Assembly: GCA_963704885.1 (NCBI GenBank)
Contig: CAVPIB010000004.1
Coordinates: forward strand, 1-64,000
Source of the DNA: an uncultured Actinomycetes bacterium
GTDB taxonomy: Bacteria > Actinomycetota > UBA4738 > HRBIN12
Direction of reading: 5' to 3'
DNA length: 64,000 bases
Positions 52,181 to 60,781 of this stretch are shown piece after piece; position 1 is the first letter of the stretch; each line of letters opens with the position of its first letter. The notes under the pieces are model-generated. The model did no database searches, was not told the origin of the DNA, and worked only from the letters and a program-made list of their open reading frames with translations. A program made the position numbers and the translations under genes.

Positions 52181-52210
52181 TTGAACAGCGGTTCAAACTC
52201 AGGGTATAAC
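52181..52210 (+). promoter_or_regulatory. Promoter TTGAAC-N18-TATAAC overlapped by the palindrome TTGAAC-AGCG-GTTCAA
   Basis: Perfect 6-bp inverted repeat at 52181-52196; TATAAC ends 6 nt before GTG 52217. Confidence 0.6.
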
Positions 52211-52216
52211 CCAGCC

Positions 52217-53314
52217 GTGAGTGACCCGATCGGCACCGCGTTCCACGACGTCCAAGCGACGCGCGGCGCCACATTCATGGAGGAGGGCGGCTGGTACTGG
52301 ACGGAGTCTTTCGGCGACACCGAGAAGGAGTATCGAGCCGTCCGGGGGGGCGTCGGCATGTGGGATGTGTCGCCGCTCACCAAGTGGGAGCTGCGCGGAC
52401 CCGACGCCCTCGAGGCCGCCCAGCGCGTCCACTCGAACGATGTCTTGCGCATGGACGTCGGTCAGGTTCGATACGGCGCGGTACTGGACGAGGAGGGGCT
52501 GCTCGTAGACGACGGGACCGTGTTCAAGCTGGCCGAGGACCTGGTGTGGGTCATGACGAACGGTTCCGATCGCGAGGAGTACTTCGCCGAAGCCACGAAG
52601 GGGCTCGACGTGTCGGTCGACAACGTCACCCCATCGCTTCCCAACCTGCAGATCCAGGGGCCAGGTTCCCGAGAGCTGTTGTGTTCGATCACGGATGCCG
52701 ATGTCGATGCCCTGCGCTACTTCCGGTTCCTTCCGGAACAGGTCACCGTGGGTGGCGTCCCCGTGTGGCTCGCGCGCACCGGGTTCACGGGCGAGCTCGG
52801 GTTCGAGCTCTTCCTGCGGCCGGAGCACGCGGAGGCGCTCTGGGAGGCGGTGGAGGCGGCCGGGGCGACCCCATTCGGCGTCGACGTGATCGAGCCGCTG
52901 CGCGTGGAGACCGGGATGATCGTGACCGACTACGACTACGCACCGCATGAACGCTCGCCGTACGACCTGGGTCTGGATCGGGTCGTGGCGCTCGACGCGC
53001 CGGGCGAGTTCATGGGGAAGGACAGGCTGCGTGAGATCGCGGCGGATCCCCCCAACAGATTCAAGACGCTCAGGTTGGCCGGCGACAGGATCCCGGAGTA
53101 TGGGGCCACCGTCACGAAGGACGGCGAGCAGATCGGCGTCCTGACGAGCCCCGCGGTGAGCCCGCTGTATGGGCCGATCGGCCTGGCGATCCTGCGGACG
53201 GACGTAGCGCTGGACGGAACCACCGTGCAGGTCGCGCTGGACGGTGGCATGGTCCAAGCGACGGTCGACGTCCTGGCGATCCACGATCCGAAGAAGCGAC
53301 GGCCACGCGGCTGA
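52217..53314 (+). CDS. GcvT-family THF-dependent transferase (paralog 1)
   Basis: EYRAVR, WDVSP, DDGT, RTGFTGELGFE, LRVETG. Confidence 0.87.
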   Translation: MSDPIGTAFHDVQATRGATFMEEGGWYWTESFGDTEKEYRAVRGGVGMWDVSPLTKWELRGPDALEAAQRVHSNDVLRMDVGQVRYGAVLDEEGLLVDDGTVFKLAEDLVWVMTNGSDREEYFAEATKGLDVSVDNVTPSLPNLQIQGPGSRELLCSITDADVDALRYFRFLPEQVTVGGVPVWLARTGFTGELGFELFLRPEHAEALWEAVEAAGATPFGVDVIEPLRVETGMIVTDYDYAPHERSPYDLGLDRVVALDAPGEFMGKDRLREIAADPPNRFKTLRLAGDRIPEYGATVTKDGEQIGVLTSPAVSPLYGPIGLAILRTDVALDGTTVQVALDGGMVQATVDVLAIHDPKKRRPRG

Positions 53315-53348
53315 GCGCCGGCGGCCCCGAGATGCGAGGAGGAAGGAC

Positions 53349-54431
53349 GTGACCGAGGAGAATCGCTCGCCACTGCACGATTGGCACGTGGCTCATGACG
53401 GGGAGTTCCTGTGGGAGGACGGCTACCCGTGGATGATGCACGAGGGCCGTGACCCGCTCGAGGAGTACGAGGCCGTCCGCACCGCTACCGGCCTGTGGGA
53501 CCTCTTCTCCACATGCAAGTACGAGGTCACGGGACCCGACGCCGGCCGTCTGATCCAGCGCCGATTCACGAACAAGCTCGAGGGCATGGCCGACGGGTCC
53601 GTCCGGTATGGGGCGTTCGTCAACGCCGACGGATTGATGATCGACGACGGCAACGTGTACAAGCACGCCGCCGACAAGTACTGGGTCCTGATCAACTCGG
53701 CGGGGATCGACGAGTGGTTCCGCGAAACGGCCGGAGACCTCGACGCATCGATCGCCCACCGGACCAACGAGCTGGCCATGATCGCGGTACAGGGACCGAC
53801 GTCGCAGGCGACGTTGCAAGGGCTCACGGATCGAGACCTAGGTGACCTGCGGTACTTCCGCTTCTGGCCGGAGCAGACGAAAGTGGCCGGTCGTGACGCC
53901 TGGGTCCTTCGGACAGGCTTCTCCGGAGAGAAGGGATACGAGGTCGTGATGGCGCCCGAGGACGCGAACGTCGTCTGGGACGCGCTGATCTCGGCGGGGG
54001 GCGTTCCGTTCGGCCTGACGGCGATAGACCTGGCCCGTACCGAGGTCGGGCTGATAATCATCGCGGTCGACTACAACCCGAGCGAGATCTCCCCGTGGGA
54101 CCTCTCGATGGATCGGTTCATCAAGACCGATACCGAGTGCGTTGGGGCGGAAGCTCTGGCGGCCTATGGAGCCAACCCGCCTAGGCGATTCAAGTCGCTT
54201 CGCATCGAGAGCGAAACAGCACCTGAGTACGGTGCCGCCGTGACCAAGGACGGGAACGAGGTCGGGACGGTGACCTCGCCGGCCGCCTCGCCGCGTCTGG
54301 GGGCGATAGGCCTGGCCATCTTGGACGCGGACGCGGCGGTGGAGGGCGAGAAGGTCGAGGTCGGCGGTTCGGTTGCCACGGTCTCGACCCTCAGCCTCTA
54401 CGACCCGGAGAAGAAGCGCCCTCGCGCATAG
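53349..54431 (+). CDS. GcvT-family THF-dependent transferase (paralog 2)
   Basis: SPLHDWH, EYEAVR, DDGN, RTGFSGEKGYE, ARTEVG. Confidence 0.87.
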   Translation: MTEENRSPLHDWHVAHDGEFLWEDGYPWMMHEGRDPLEEYEAVRTATGLWDLFSTCKYEVTGPDAGRLIQRRFTNKLEGMADGSVRYGAFVNADGLMIDDGNVYKHAADKYWVLINSAGIDEWFRETAGDLDASIAHRTNELAMIAVQGPTSQATLQGLTDRDLGDLRYFRFWPEQTKVAGRDAWVLRTGFSGEKGYEVVMAPEDANVVWDALISAGGVPFGLTAIDLARTEVGLIIIAVDYNPSEISPWDLSMDRFIKTDTECVGAEALAAYGANPPRRFKSLRIESETAPEYGAAVTKDGNEVGTVTSPAASPRLGAIGLAILDADAAVEGEKVEVGGSVATVSTLSLYDPEKKRPRA

Positions 54432-54453
54432 CTCAGCCACGTATGCTCGCGCG

Positions 54454-55374
54454 GTGAGTCAGCCGCTCCTGGGTGTGGTGCCCAACTTCAGCGAAGGGCG
54501 ACGCACCCCGGTGATCGAGGAGATCGTCCGCGCCTTGCGGGTGCCCGGCGCTCGTGTCGTCTTCGCAGAGGCGGATCCGGATCACAACCGGTTGGACACG
54601 ACCGTCCTCGGATCGGCCGAAGCCGTGTTCGCGAGCGCCATGGCGGGCGCCGCCATGGCCGTGGAGTCGATCGACATGTTCACCCATACGGGCGGGCACC
54701 CCCGGATGGGTGCGGTCGACGTGATCCCCTTCATGCCCGTTCGCGACGCAACCATGGATGACTGCATCGACCTGGCCCGGCGGTTCGGGCAGGAGCTGGC
54801 GGAGAGGCTCGACCTCCCCGTCTACCTGTACGACCGGGCGGCACTCTCCCCCGAGAGAGCGTCGCTCGCCGACGTCAGGAAGGGTGAGTTCGAGGGACTG
54901 CGAGAGGCCGTGGCCCGTGGCGAGCGCCTGCCGGACTTCGGCCCGCCTGAGATCGGTCGTGCGGGCGCCACGGCGGTGGGAGCCCGCAAGCCTCTGGTGG
55001 CGTTCAACCTGTATCTAGATGGGACCGACGAGGAGGCCGCGAAGCGGATCGCGCGCGCCGTGCGCGAGTCGGGGGGCGGGCTGCCGGCCTTGCGGGCGAT
55101 CGGATTCGCGGTGCCTGAACGCGGCGGCATGGTGACCGTTTCGATGAACCTGGTCGACCACGACGTCACGAGTCTGCGGACGGCCTACGACGCGGTTGCC
55201 GCGGAGGCGCTGGCGGAGGATCTGCAGATCACCGAAAGCGAGATCGTGGGGTTGGTTCCCGCGGGCGCGCTCGACGACGGCGATATCGAGTACCTGCGAC
55301 TCTCGGGGTTCGACCCCGACGAGCAGATCTTGGAGCGACTGATCGAGCCGGTGGAGGAGGAACGAGCGAAGTGA
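54454..55374 (+). CDS. ftcD: Glutamate formimidoyltransferase domain protein
   Basis: VPNFSEGR, DPDHNR, HPRMGAVDVIPF, GARKPLVAFN, SEIVGLVP. Confidence 0.9.
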   Translation: MSQPLLGVVPNFSEGRRTPVIEEIVRALRVPGARVVFAEADPDHNRLDTTVLGSAEAVFASAMAGAAMAVESIDMFTHTGGHPRMGAVDVIPFMPVRDATMDDCIDLARRFGQELAERLDLPVYLYDRAALSPERASLADVRKGEFEGLREAVARGERLPDFGPPEIGRAGATAVGARKPLVAFNLYLDGTDEEAAKRIARAVRESGGGLPALRAIGFAVPERGGMVTVSMNLVDHDVTSLRTAYDAVAAEALAEDLQITESEIVGLVPAGALDDGDIEYLRLSGFDPDEQILERLIEPVEEERAK

Positions 55375-56012
55375 CGGACGAACGGTTGGGTGCCATGACG
55401 GTAGACGCGTTCCTGGAGGCGCTCGGCTCGAACGCGCCGACGCCCGGCGGGGGAGCAGCGGGTGCGATCTCGGCCGCGACCGGCGCCGCGCTGATCGCGA
55501 TGGTCGGGCGGCTCACGGTCGGGAAGGTCGGGTTCGAGGATGTCGACGAGCGGATGCGCGCGCTGGTCGAGCGGGCCGATGCGGCGCGGGCGGCGTTCCT
55601 CGATCTGGCGGATCGCGATGCCCACGCGTTCGACGGCGTGATGCTGGCGTTCAAGATGCCCAAGGGGACCGACGAAGAGAGGGCGGCACGATCCGCGGCG
55701 ATCCAGGCCGGATACGAGGCCGCGGCCTCCGTGCCCCTGGAGATCGCGAGCGCCGCCGTCGACCTGATGGAGCTGGCCGAGGACGCGACCGCGATGGGGA
55801 ATCCGCGGGCGGCCTCCGACGGCGTGTCCGGGTCGGCCCAGCTCTACTGCGCGACCCTCTGCGCGATCACGAACGTCGAGATCAACGCCGCATCGCTGAA
55901 GGATGAGGCTCGGCGAGGCGTGCTGCTCGACGAGGTCGCCACGTTGCGGGGCCGGGCCGATCAGTCGATCCGTGAGGCTCAGACGGCGTTCCAGCTACGG
56001 TTGTCATCCTGA
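55371..56012 (+). CDS. Cyclodeaminase/cyclohydrolase family protein (FTCD C-terminal domain, FchA-like)
   Basis: FLEALGSNAPTPGGG, DAHAF, GNPRAASD, NVEIN. Confidence 0.88.
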   Translation: MTDERLGAMTVDAFLEALGSNAPTPGGGAAGAISAATGAALIAMVGRLTVGKVGFEDVDERMRALVERADAARAAFLDLADRDAHAFDGVMLAFKMPKGTDEERAARSAAIQAGYEAAASVPLEIASAAVDLMELAEDATAMGNPRAASDGVSGSAQLYCATLCAITNVEINAASLKDEARRGVLLDEVATLRGRADQSIREAQTAFQLRLSS

Positions 56013-56021
56013 GCCGACGAC

Positions 56022-57692
56022 TCAGAACAGCCCGATCGTCCGACCGTCCTCGTCGATGTCGACGTTCATGAACGCGGGCGTCTTGCCCAAGCCGGGCATC
56101 CGTTGCATCTCACCACAGAGGGCGACCACGAAGCCTGCGCCGGCGGCCGGCACCAGGCTTCGTACCGGGAGGCGGAAGCCCGTGGGACGGTTGAGGAGAG
56201 ATGGGTCGTGCGACAGTGATAGGTGTGTCTTCGCCATACACACGGGCAGCGTCCCGAACCCCAGCGCGTCCATGCGGGCCAGGTCTTCCTCGGCCTGAGG
56301 CAGGAAGTCGACGCCTTCGGCGCCGTAGAGACGCGTCGCGATCGCTTCGACCTGCTCCCTCAACGAAGTTCCGTCAGGCGTCAGGAAGTCGAATTCGTTC
56401 TCCCGCTCGCAGGCTTCGACGACGGCGTCGGCCAGGTCGATGGCACCGTCACCACCACGGGCGAAGCCTCGGTTCACGACCACCGTCTCGGCGCCGGCAC
56501 CTTCCGCCAGCTCCTCGATCAGCGCGACCTCGGCCTCGGTGTCGCTGGGGAAGTTGTTGATCGACACGACACATGGCAGCCCGTACCGCTTCACGATGCT
56601 CACGTGCGCCGCCAGATTGTCGGCGCCTCGTCGCAGCGCGTCCAGATCCTCGATGGCGAGGTCGGTGAAGGCCAGCCCGCCGTGGGACTTGGTGGCCCGA
56701 ACGGTCGTGACCAGCACGGCAGCCGACGGTGTGAACCCGCCCACTCGGCAGACGATGTCGCAGAACTTCTGGAAGCCCAGGTCGCTCGCGAACCCGGCCT
56801 CCGTGACCACGTAGTCGGCGAGCTTCAACGCGACGCGATCCTCGATGATCGAGTTGTTCGCGTGCGCGATGTTGCCGAACGGACCTGCGTGGATCAGCAC
56901 CGGTTGCCCCTCCAGGGTCTGCACCAGGTTCGGCTTGATCGCGTCCTTCATGATCACGGTCATGGCGCCCGCCACGCGGAGGTCCTCGGCCGTGACGGGC
57001 CTGCCGCTCCGATCCTCCGCGACGACGATCCGCCCGAGACGGGCTCGGAGGTCCTGAAGACCGCTCGCCAACGCGAAGATCGCCATGATCTCAGACGCCG
57101 CCGTGATCACGAACTGGTTCTCGCGGGGCACCCCGTGAGCCTTCCCACCCAGGCCGACCATGGTGTACCGGAGCTCCCGATCGTTGACATCCAGGGTGCG
57201 GGGCCAAGTGATCGTCTCTACGTCGATGTCCAGCGGGTCTCCGTTGAAGATCGACGCGTCGAGGGCGGCGGCGAGCAGGTTGTGTGCGGCGGTCACCGCA
57301 TGGAAGTCGCCGTTGAAGTGCAGGTTGATCTCCTCCATCGGGACGACCTGTGCGTAGCCGCCGCCGTTGCCGCCGCCCTTGATGCCGAACACCGGCCCCA
57401 TCGACGGCTCACGCAGGCAGAGCATCACGTCCTTACCGATCTTGCCCAGTCCCTGGGTGAGCGAGACCGAGGTCGTCGTCTTCCCTTCGCCGGCTTTCGT
57501 CGGCGTGATCGCCGTCGTGATGATGAGCTTGCCGTCGGGTCGGTCCTTGAGCCGGTCGAGCACGGACAGATCAACCTTGGCGCGGTAGCGCCCGAACCGT
57601 TCGAGCTCATCCGTGGTGATCCCGGCCGAGTCCGCGATATCGGCGATAGGTCGAAGCGTCGCTTCCTGCGCGATCTCGAGTCCGCTCTTCAC
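56022..57692 (-). CDS. fhs: Formate--tetrahydrofolate ligase
   Basis: GAGGAG before GTG 57692; TPTKAGEGKTT, GGGYAQVVPME, HAGPFGNIAH, CMAKT, MPGL. Confidence 0.95.
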   Translation of the reverse strand: MKSGLEIAQEATLRPIADIADSAGITTDELERFGRYRAKVDLSVLDRLKDRPDGKLIITTAITPTKAGEGKTTTSVSLTQGLGKIGKDVMLCLREPSMGPVFGIKGGGNGGGYAQVVPMEEINLHFNGDFHAVTAAHNLLAAALDASIFNGDPLDIDVETITWPRTLDVNDRELRYTMVGLGGKAHGVPRENQFVITAASEIMAIFALASGLQDLRARLGRIVVAEDRSGRPVTAEDLRVAGAMTVIMKDAIKPNLVQTLEGQPVLIHAGPFGNIAHANNSIIEDRVALKLADYVVTEAGFASDLGFQKFCDIVCRVGGFTPSAAVLVTTVRATKSHGGLAFTDLAIEDLDALRRGADNLAAHVSIVKRYGLPCVVSINNFPSDTEAEVALIEELAEGAGAETVVVNRGFARGGDGAIDLADAVVEACERENEFDFLTPDGTSLREQVEAIATRLYGAEGVDFLPQAEEDLARMDALGFGTLPVCMAKTHLSLSHDPSLLNRPTGFRLPVRSLVPAAGAGFVVALCGEMQRMPGLGKTPAFMNVDIDEDGRTIGLF

Positions 57693-57906
57693 GTGGTTAC
57701 TCCTCGATGCGTCGGGTCGGAGCGCGAGGATACCGCCGATGGGCCTGGCCCGATCCGACGGAATGGACCTGAGCGCTGATCGCTCGACCAGGATCAAGAC
57801 GATCATCACGGCGGCGAGGACCGGCATCAAGCACACCCGCTCAAAGTGTCAGCGCCGAGCGTCACCGTCCGGTTCGTTCTGCGGCAAGCAGCGCTAGGCT
57901 GGACCC

Positions 57907-58743
57907 GTGGCCGTCTCCGAACCGCTCCGTCGGAGCACTACCCAGGTGCGCGTCGTGGTGGTCGACGAAGGGGTGCCGGGCGAACGTCCGGACACCCTCG
58001 CGACCGAGGAACCGATGGAGATCCGTGTCTCGGGCCCGGGCCAAGAGCTCGAGCCTGTGGCCGTCACCATGCGGACCCCGGGCGGTGACTTCGAGCTGGC
58101 GGTCGGGTTCCTGTTCACCGAAGGCCTGATCGCTCCGGGGGACGTGCGCAGGGTGGCCTACTGCGACAACCTCCCCGGTGAGGATCAGCGATACAACGTA
58201 GTCTCGGTCATGCTCGAGCGGGCGTTCGACGCGACGCTCGTTCATCGCAACTTCTCAGCGACGTCTTCCTGCGGGATCTGCGGCAAAGCGGCGCTCGACG
58301 ACGTCGAGGTTAGGTGCGCTCCGGTGACCGCCGGTCCGGTGGTTACGGCAGATCTGCTCGTCTCGCTGCCAGCCGTGCTTCGATCGCAACAGCGGCTCTT
58401 CGACCAAACGGGGGGACTGCACGCGGCGGGGTTGTTCACCGCTGAAGGTGAACTGGTCTCGGTACGCGAGGACGTGGGGCGCCACAACGCGGTCGACAAG
58501 GTGATAGGCGAGCAGTTGCTGTCGGGGCGCGTGCCGTTGTCCCGGCACATCCTGCAGGTGAGCGGCCGGCTTTCGTTCGAGATCGTTCAGAAGGCAGCGG
58601 TTGCGGGCATCCCGATCGTGAGTGCGGTCAGTGCCCCGACGTCACTCGCCGTCGAGGCGGGGGAGCGGTTCGGTATGACCGTCGTAGGCTTCGTCCGCGA
58701 CAGACGGCTGAACGTCTATACGGGATCCGAGCGCGTCACCTGA
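57907..58743 (+). CDS. fdhD: Formate dehydrogenase accessory sulfurtransferase FdhD
   Basis: TMRTPG, SSCGICGK, TGGLHAA, EDVGRHNAVDK. Confidence 0.95.
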   Translation: MAVSEPLRRSTTQVRVVVVDEGVPGERPDTLATEEPMEIRVSGPGQELEPVAVTMRTPGGDFELAVGFLFTEGLIAPGDVRRVAYCDNLPGEDQRYNVVSVMLERAFDATLVHRNFSATSSCGICGKAALDDVEVRCAPVTAGPVVTADLLVSLPAVLRSQQRLFDQTGGLHAAGLFTAEGELVSVREDVGRHNAVDKVIGEQLLSGRVPLSRHILQVSGRLSFEIVQKAAVAGIPIVSAVSAPTSLAVEAGERFGMTVVGFVRDRRLNVYTGSERVT

Positions 58744-58830
58744 CCGGTCCCTCAGAAGCGTAGCGACGGTCCGGTCCGCGCATCCACGTAGAATCGCTCA
58801 CGAACCGACTTTCGGTCGGAAGGAGAGCCG

Positions 58831-60771
58831 ATGGGGAACGGGCTCACGCGACTCACCGAGCCGATGATCCGCGAAGACGGCGCGTTGCGCGTCGCCACCT
58901 GGGACGAGGCCCTCGACAGGGCCGCCGACGGGTTGCGTGCCGCTACTGAGCGGGCTGGTGGCAACGGGGTCGGGATCTTCAGTTGCTCGAAGGCAACGAA
59001 CGAGATGAACTTCGTCGCTCAGAAGTTCGCTCGGCAGGTCCTACGCAGCAACAACATCGATAGCTGTAACCGCACCTGACACGCTCCGTCCGTGGTCGGT
59101 CTGGCCACAGTGCTCGGAGCAGGCGGCGGGACAAGCTCATACGAGGAGTTCCACCACACGGATCTCATCCTGCTGTGGGGATCGAACGCGCGAGCGGCGC
59201 ATCCGATCTTCTTCCATCACGCCCTGAAGGGGATCCACAACGGCGCCAAGATGATCGTGGTCGATCCGCGACGTACCGAGTCCGCTGAGTGGGCCGACCT
59301 ATGGCTCGGCATCGACGTCGGGACCGACATCGCGCTCTCCAACACGATCGCCCGCGAGATCATCGTGAACGACCTTCAGCACAACGCGTTCGTGGAGCAC
59401 GCCACGACGGGTTTCGAGGAGTACCGCTCTTCGGTCATGGATTGGACCCTCGAACGCGGCGAAGCAGTCACCGGTGTTCCCGGCGAGATCATCCAGGAGG
59501 TCGCGCACGCCTACTCGAAGGCGGATCGCGCCATGATCTGCTGGACCCTGGGCATCACGGAGCATCACAACGCCGTGGACAACGTCCTGTCGCTGATCAA
59601 CCTGAGCTTGCTTACAGGTCATGTGGGCCGATACGGGAGCGGACTGAACCCGCTCCGCGGACAGAACAACGTCCAGGGCGGCGGGGATATGGGCGCCCTC
59701 CCGAACAAGCTGCCCGGGTTCCAGGACATCGAGAAGGACGTCGCCGCGCGCGAGCGGTTCGAGAGAGCGTGGGGCGTGCCGATCCCGCCTGAGTACGGCT
59801 GGCATCTAGCCCAGATGTTCCACGCCATGGAGCGCGGCGAGATGCGCGCGGTCTACGTGATCGGCGAGAACCCCGCGAGCTCCGAGGCCGATGCCACGCA
59901 CGCCACGCCGTTGCTGGAGAACCTGGACTGCCTGATCGTCCAGGACATCTTCATGACGAAGACGGCGGAGCTCGCAGACGTGGTGCTCCCCGCGACCGCC
60001 GCTTGGGCGGAGAGCGAAGGTACCGTCACCAACAGCGAGCGGCGAGTGCAACGGGTCCGCAAAGCGCTCGACCCGCCCGGTAACGCGAAAGACGACATCT
60101 GGATCATCGCGCAGCTGGCGAAGCGACTGGGTGTGGACTGGGGGGAGGTCTCCGCCCACGACGCGTGGGAGGAGCTGCGCACCCTGTCCCCGATGCATGC
60201 CGGGATGTCTTACGAACGCTTGGAGGCACTCGGGGGGATCCAGTGGCCGTGTCCCGATGAATCGCACCCGGGCACGCTCTTCCTTCACGGACGGCTCTGG
60301 GAGTTCGACGACCCGGAGACGCAAGGGACCAAGGCACCGTTCAGCGTGGTGATCGACGATCCACCGGTCGATGCGCTCGACAACGAGTTCCCGTTACGCC
60401 TGACGACCGGCCGACGGCTGGACTCCTACAACACGGGCGTGCAGTCGGGGGGTTACACCTCGCCGCTCCGCCGACCCGAGTCGATCGAGATCTCACCGGA
60501 GGACGCCGGGGCCCTCGGCGTCGAAGAAGGGGAGCGCGTCCGAGTCACGTCGCGCCGCGGCTCGGTGGAAGCGCCGGTCCACATCGATCGCGGGTTGCGA
60601 CCGGGTCTCACGTTCATGACCCTGCATTTCCCCGACGAGGTCGAGACGAACCGTCTGACGATCGAAGCTAACGACCCCAAGTCAGGGACCGCCGAGTTCA
60701 AGGCGACCGCTGTCCGGATCGACAGGTTGCGGCAGATACCTGCCGTAGCGGGCGGGCGGGACGTCGGATGA
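58831..60771 (+). CDS. Selenocysteine-containing Mo/W formate dehydrogenase catalytic subunit lacking its N-terminal Fe-S domain
   Basis: ORFs 58831..59079 and 59092..60771 are in one frame; TGA 59077-59079 sits in NNIDSCNRT-U-HAPS; LRGQNNVQG, GTVTNSERRVQ, EFK. Confidence 0.9.
59092..59108 (+). promoter_or_regulatory. Bacterial SECIS-like hairpin
   Basis: GTGGTC-GGTCT-GGCCAC stem-loop with a GU-containing loop, starting 12 nt after the TGA. Confidence 0.72.
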
Positions 60772-60781
60772 CGGAGGTGTC

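Noticed and set aside
57846-57856. Single gtgtcagcgcc match to the SARP-like repeat in the fhs/fdhD spacer
   Set aside because: One copy without 11-bp phasing; plausible by chance
57693-57906. THF or ZTP riboswitch, or a hydrophobic N-terminal extension, upstream of fhs
   Set aside because: No recognisable consensus by eye; TATCCT and GAGGAG just before GTG 57692 favour the shorter start. An Infernal scan would be decisive
58805-58819. Hairpin ccgac-tttcg-gtcgg before the FDH SD as a Moco riboswitch
   Set aside because: Leader too short; at most a simple 5' stem-loop
58831-59079. FDH as a pseudogene or as two separate genes
   Set aside because: The TGA lies exactly at the Cys/Sec ligand position, in frame, with a downstream hairpin
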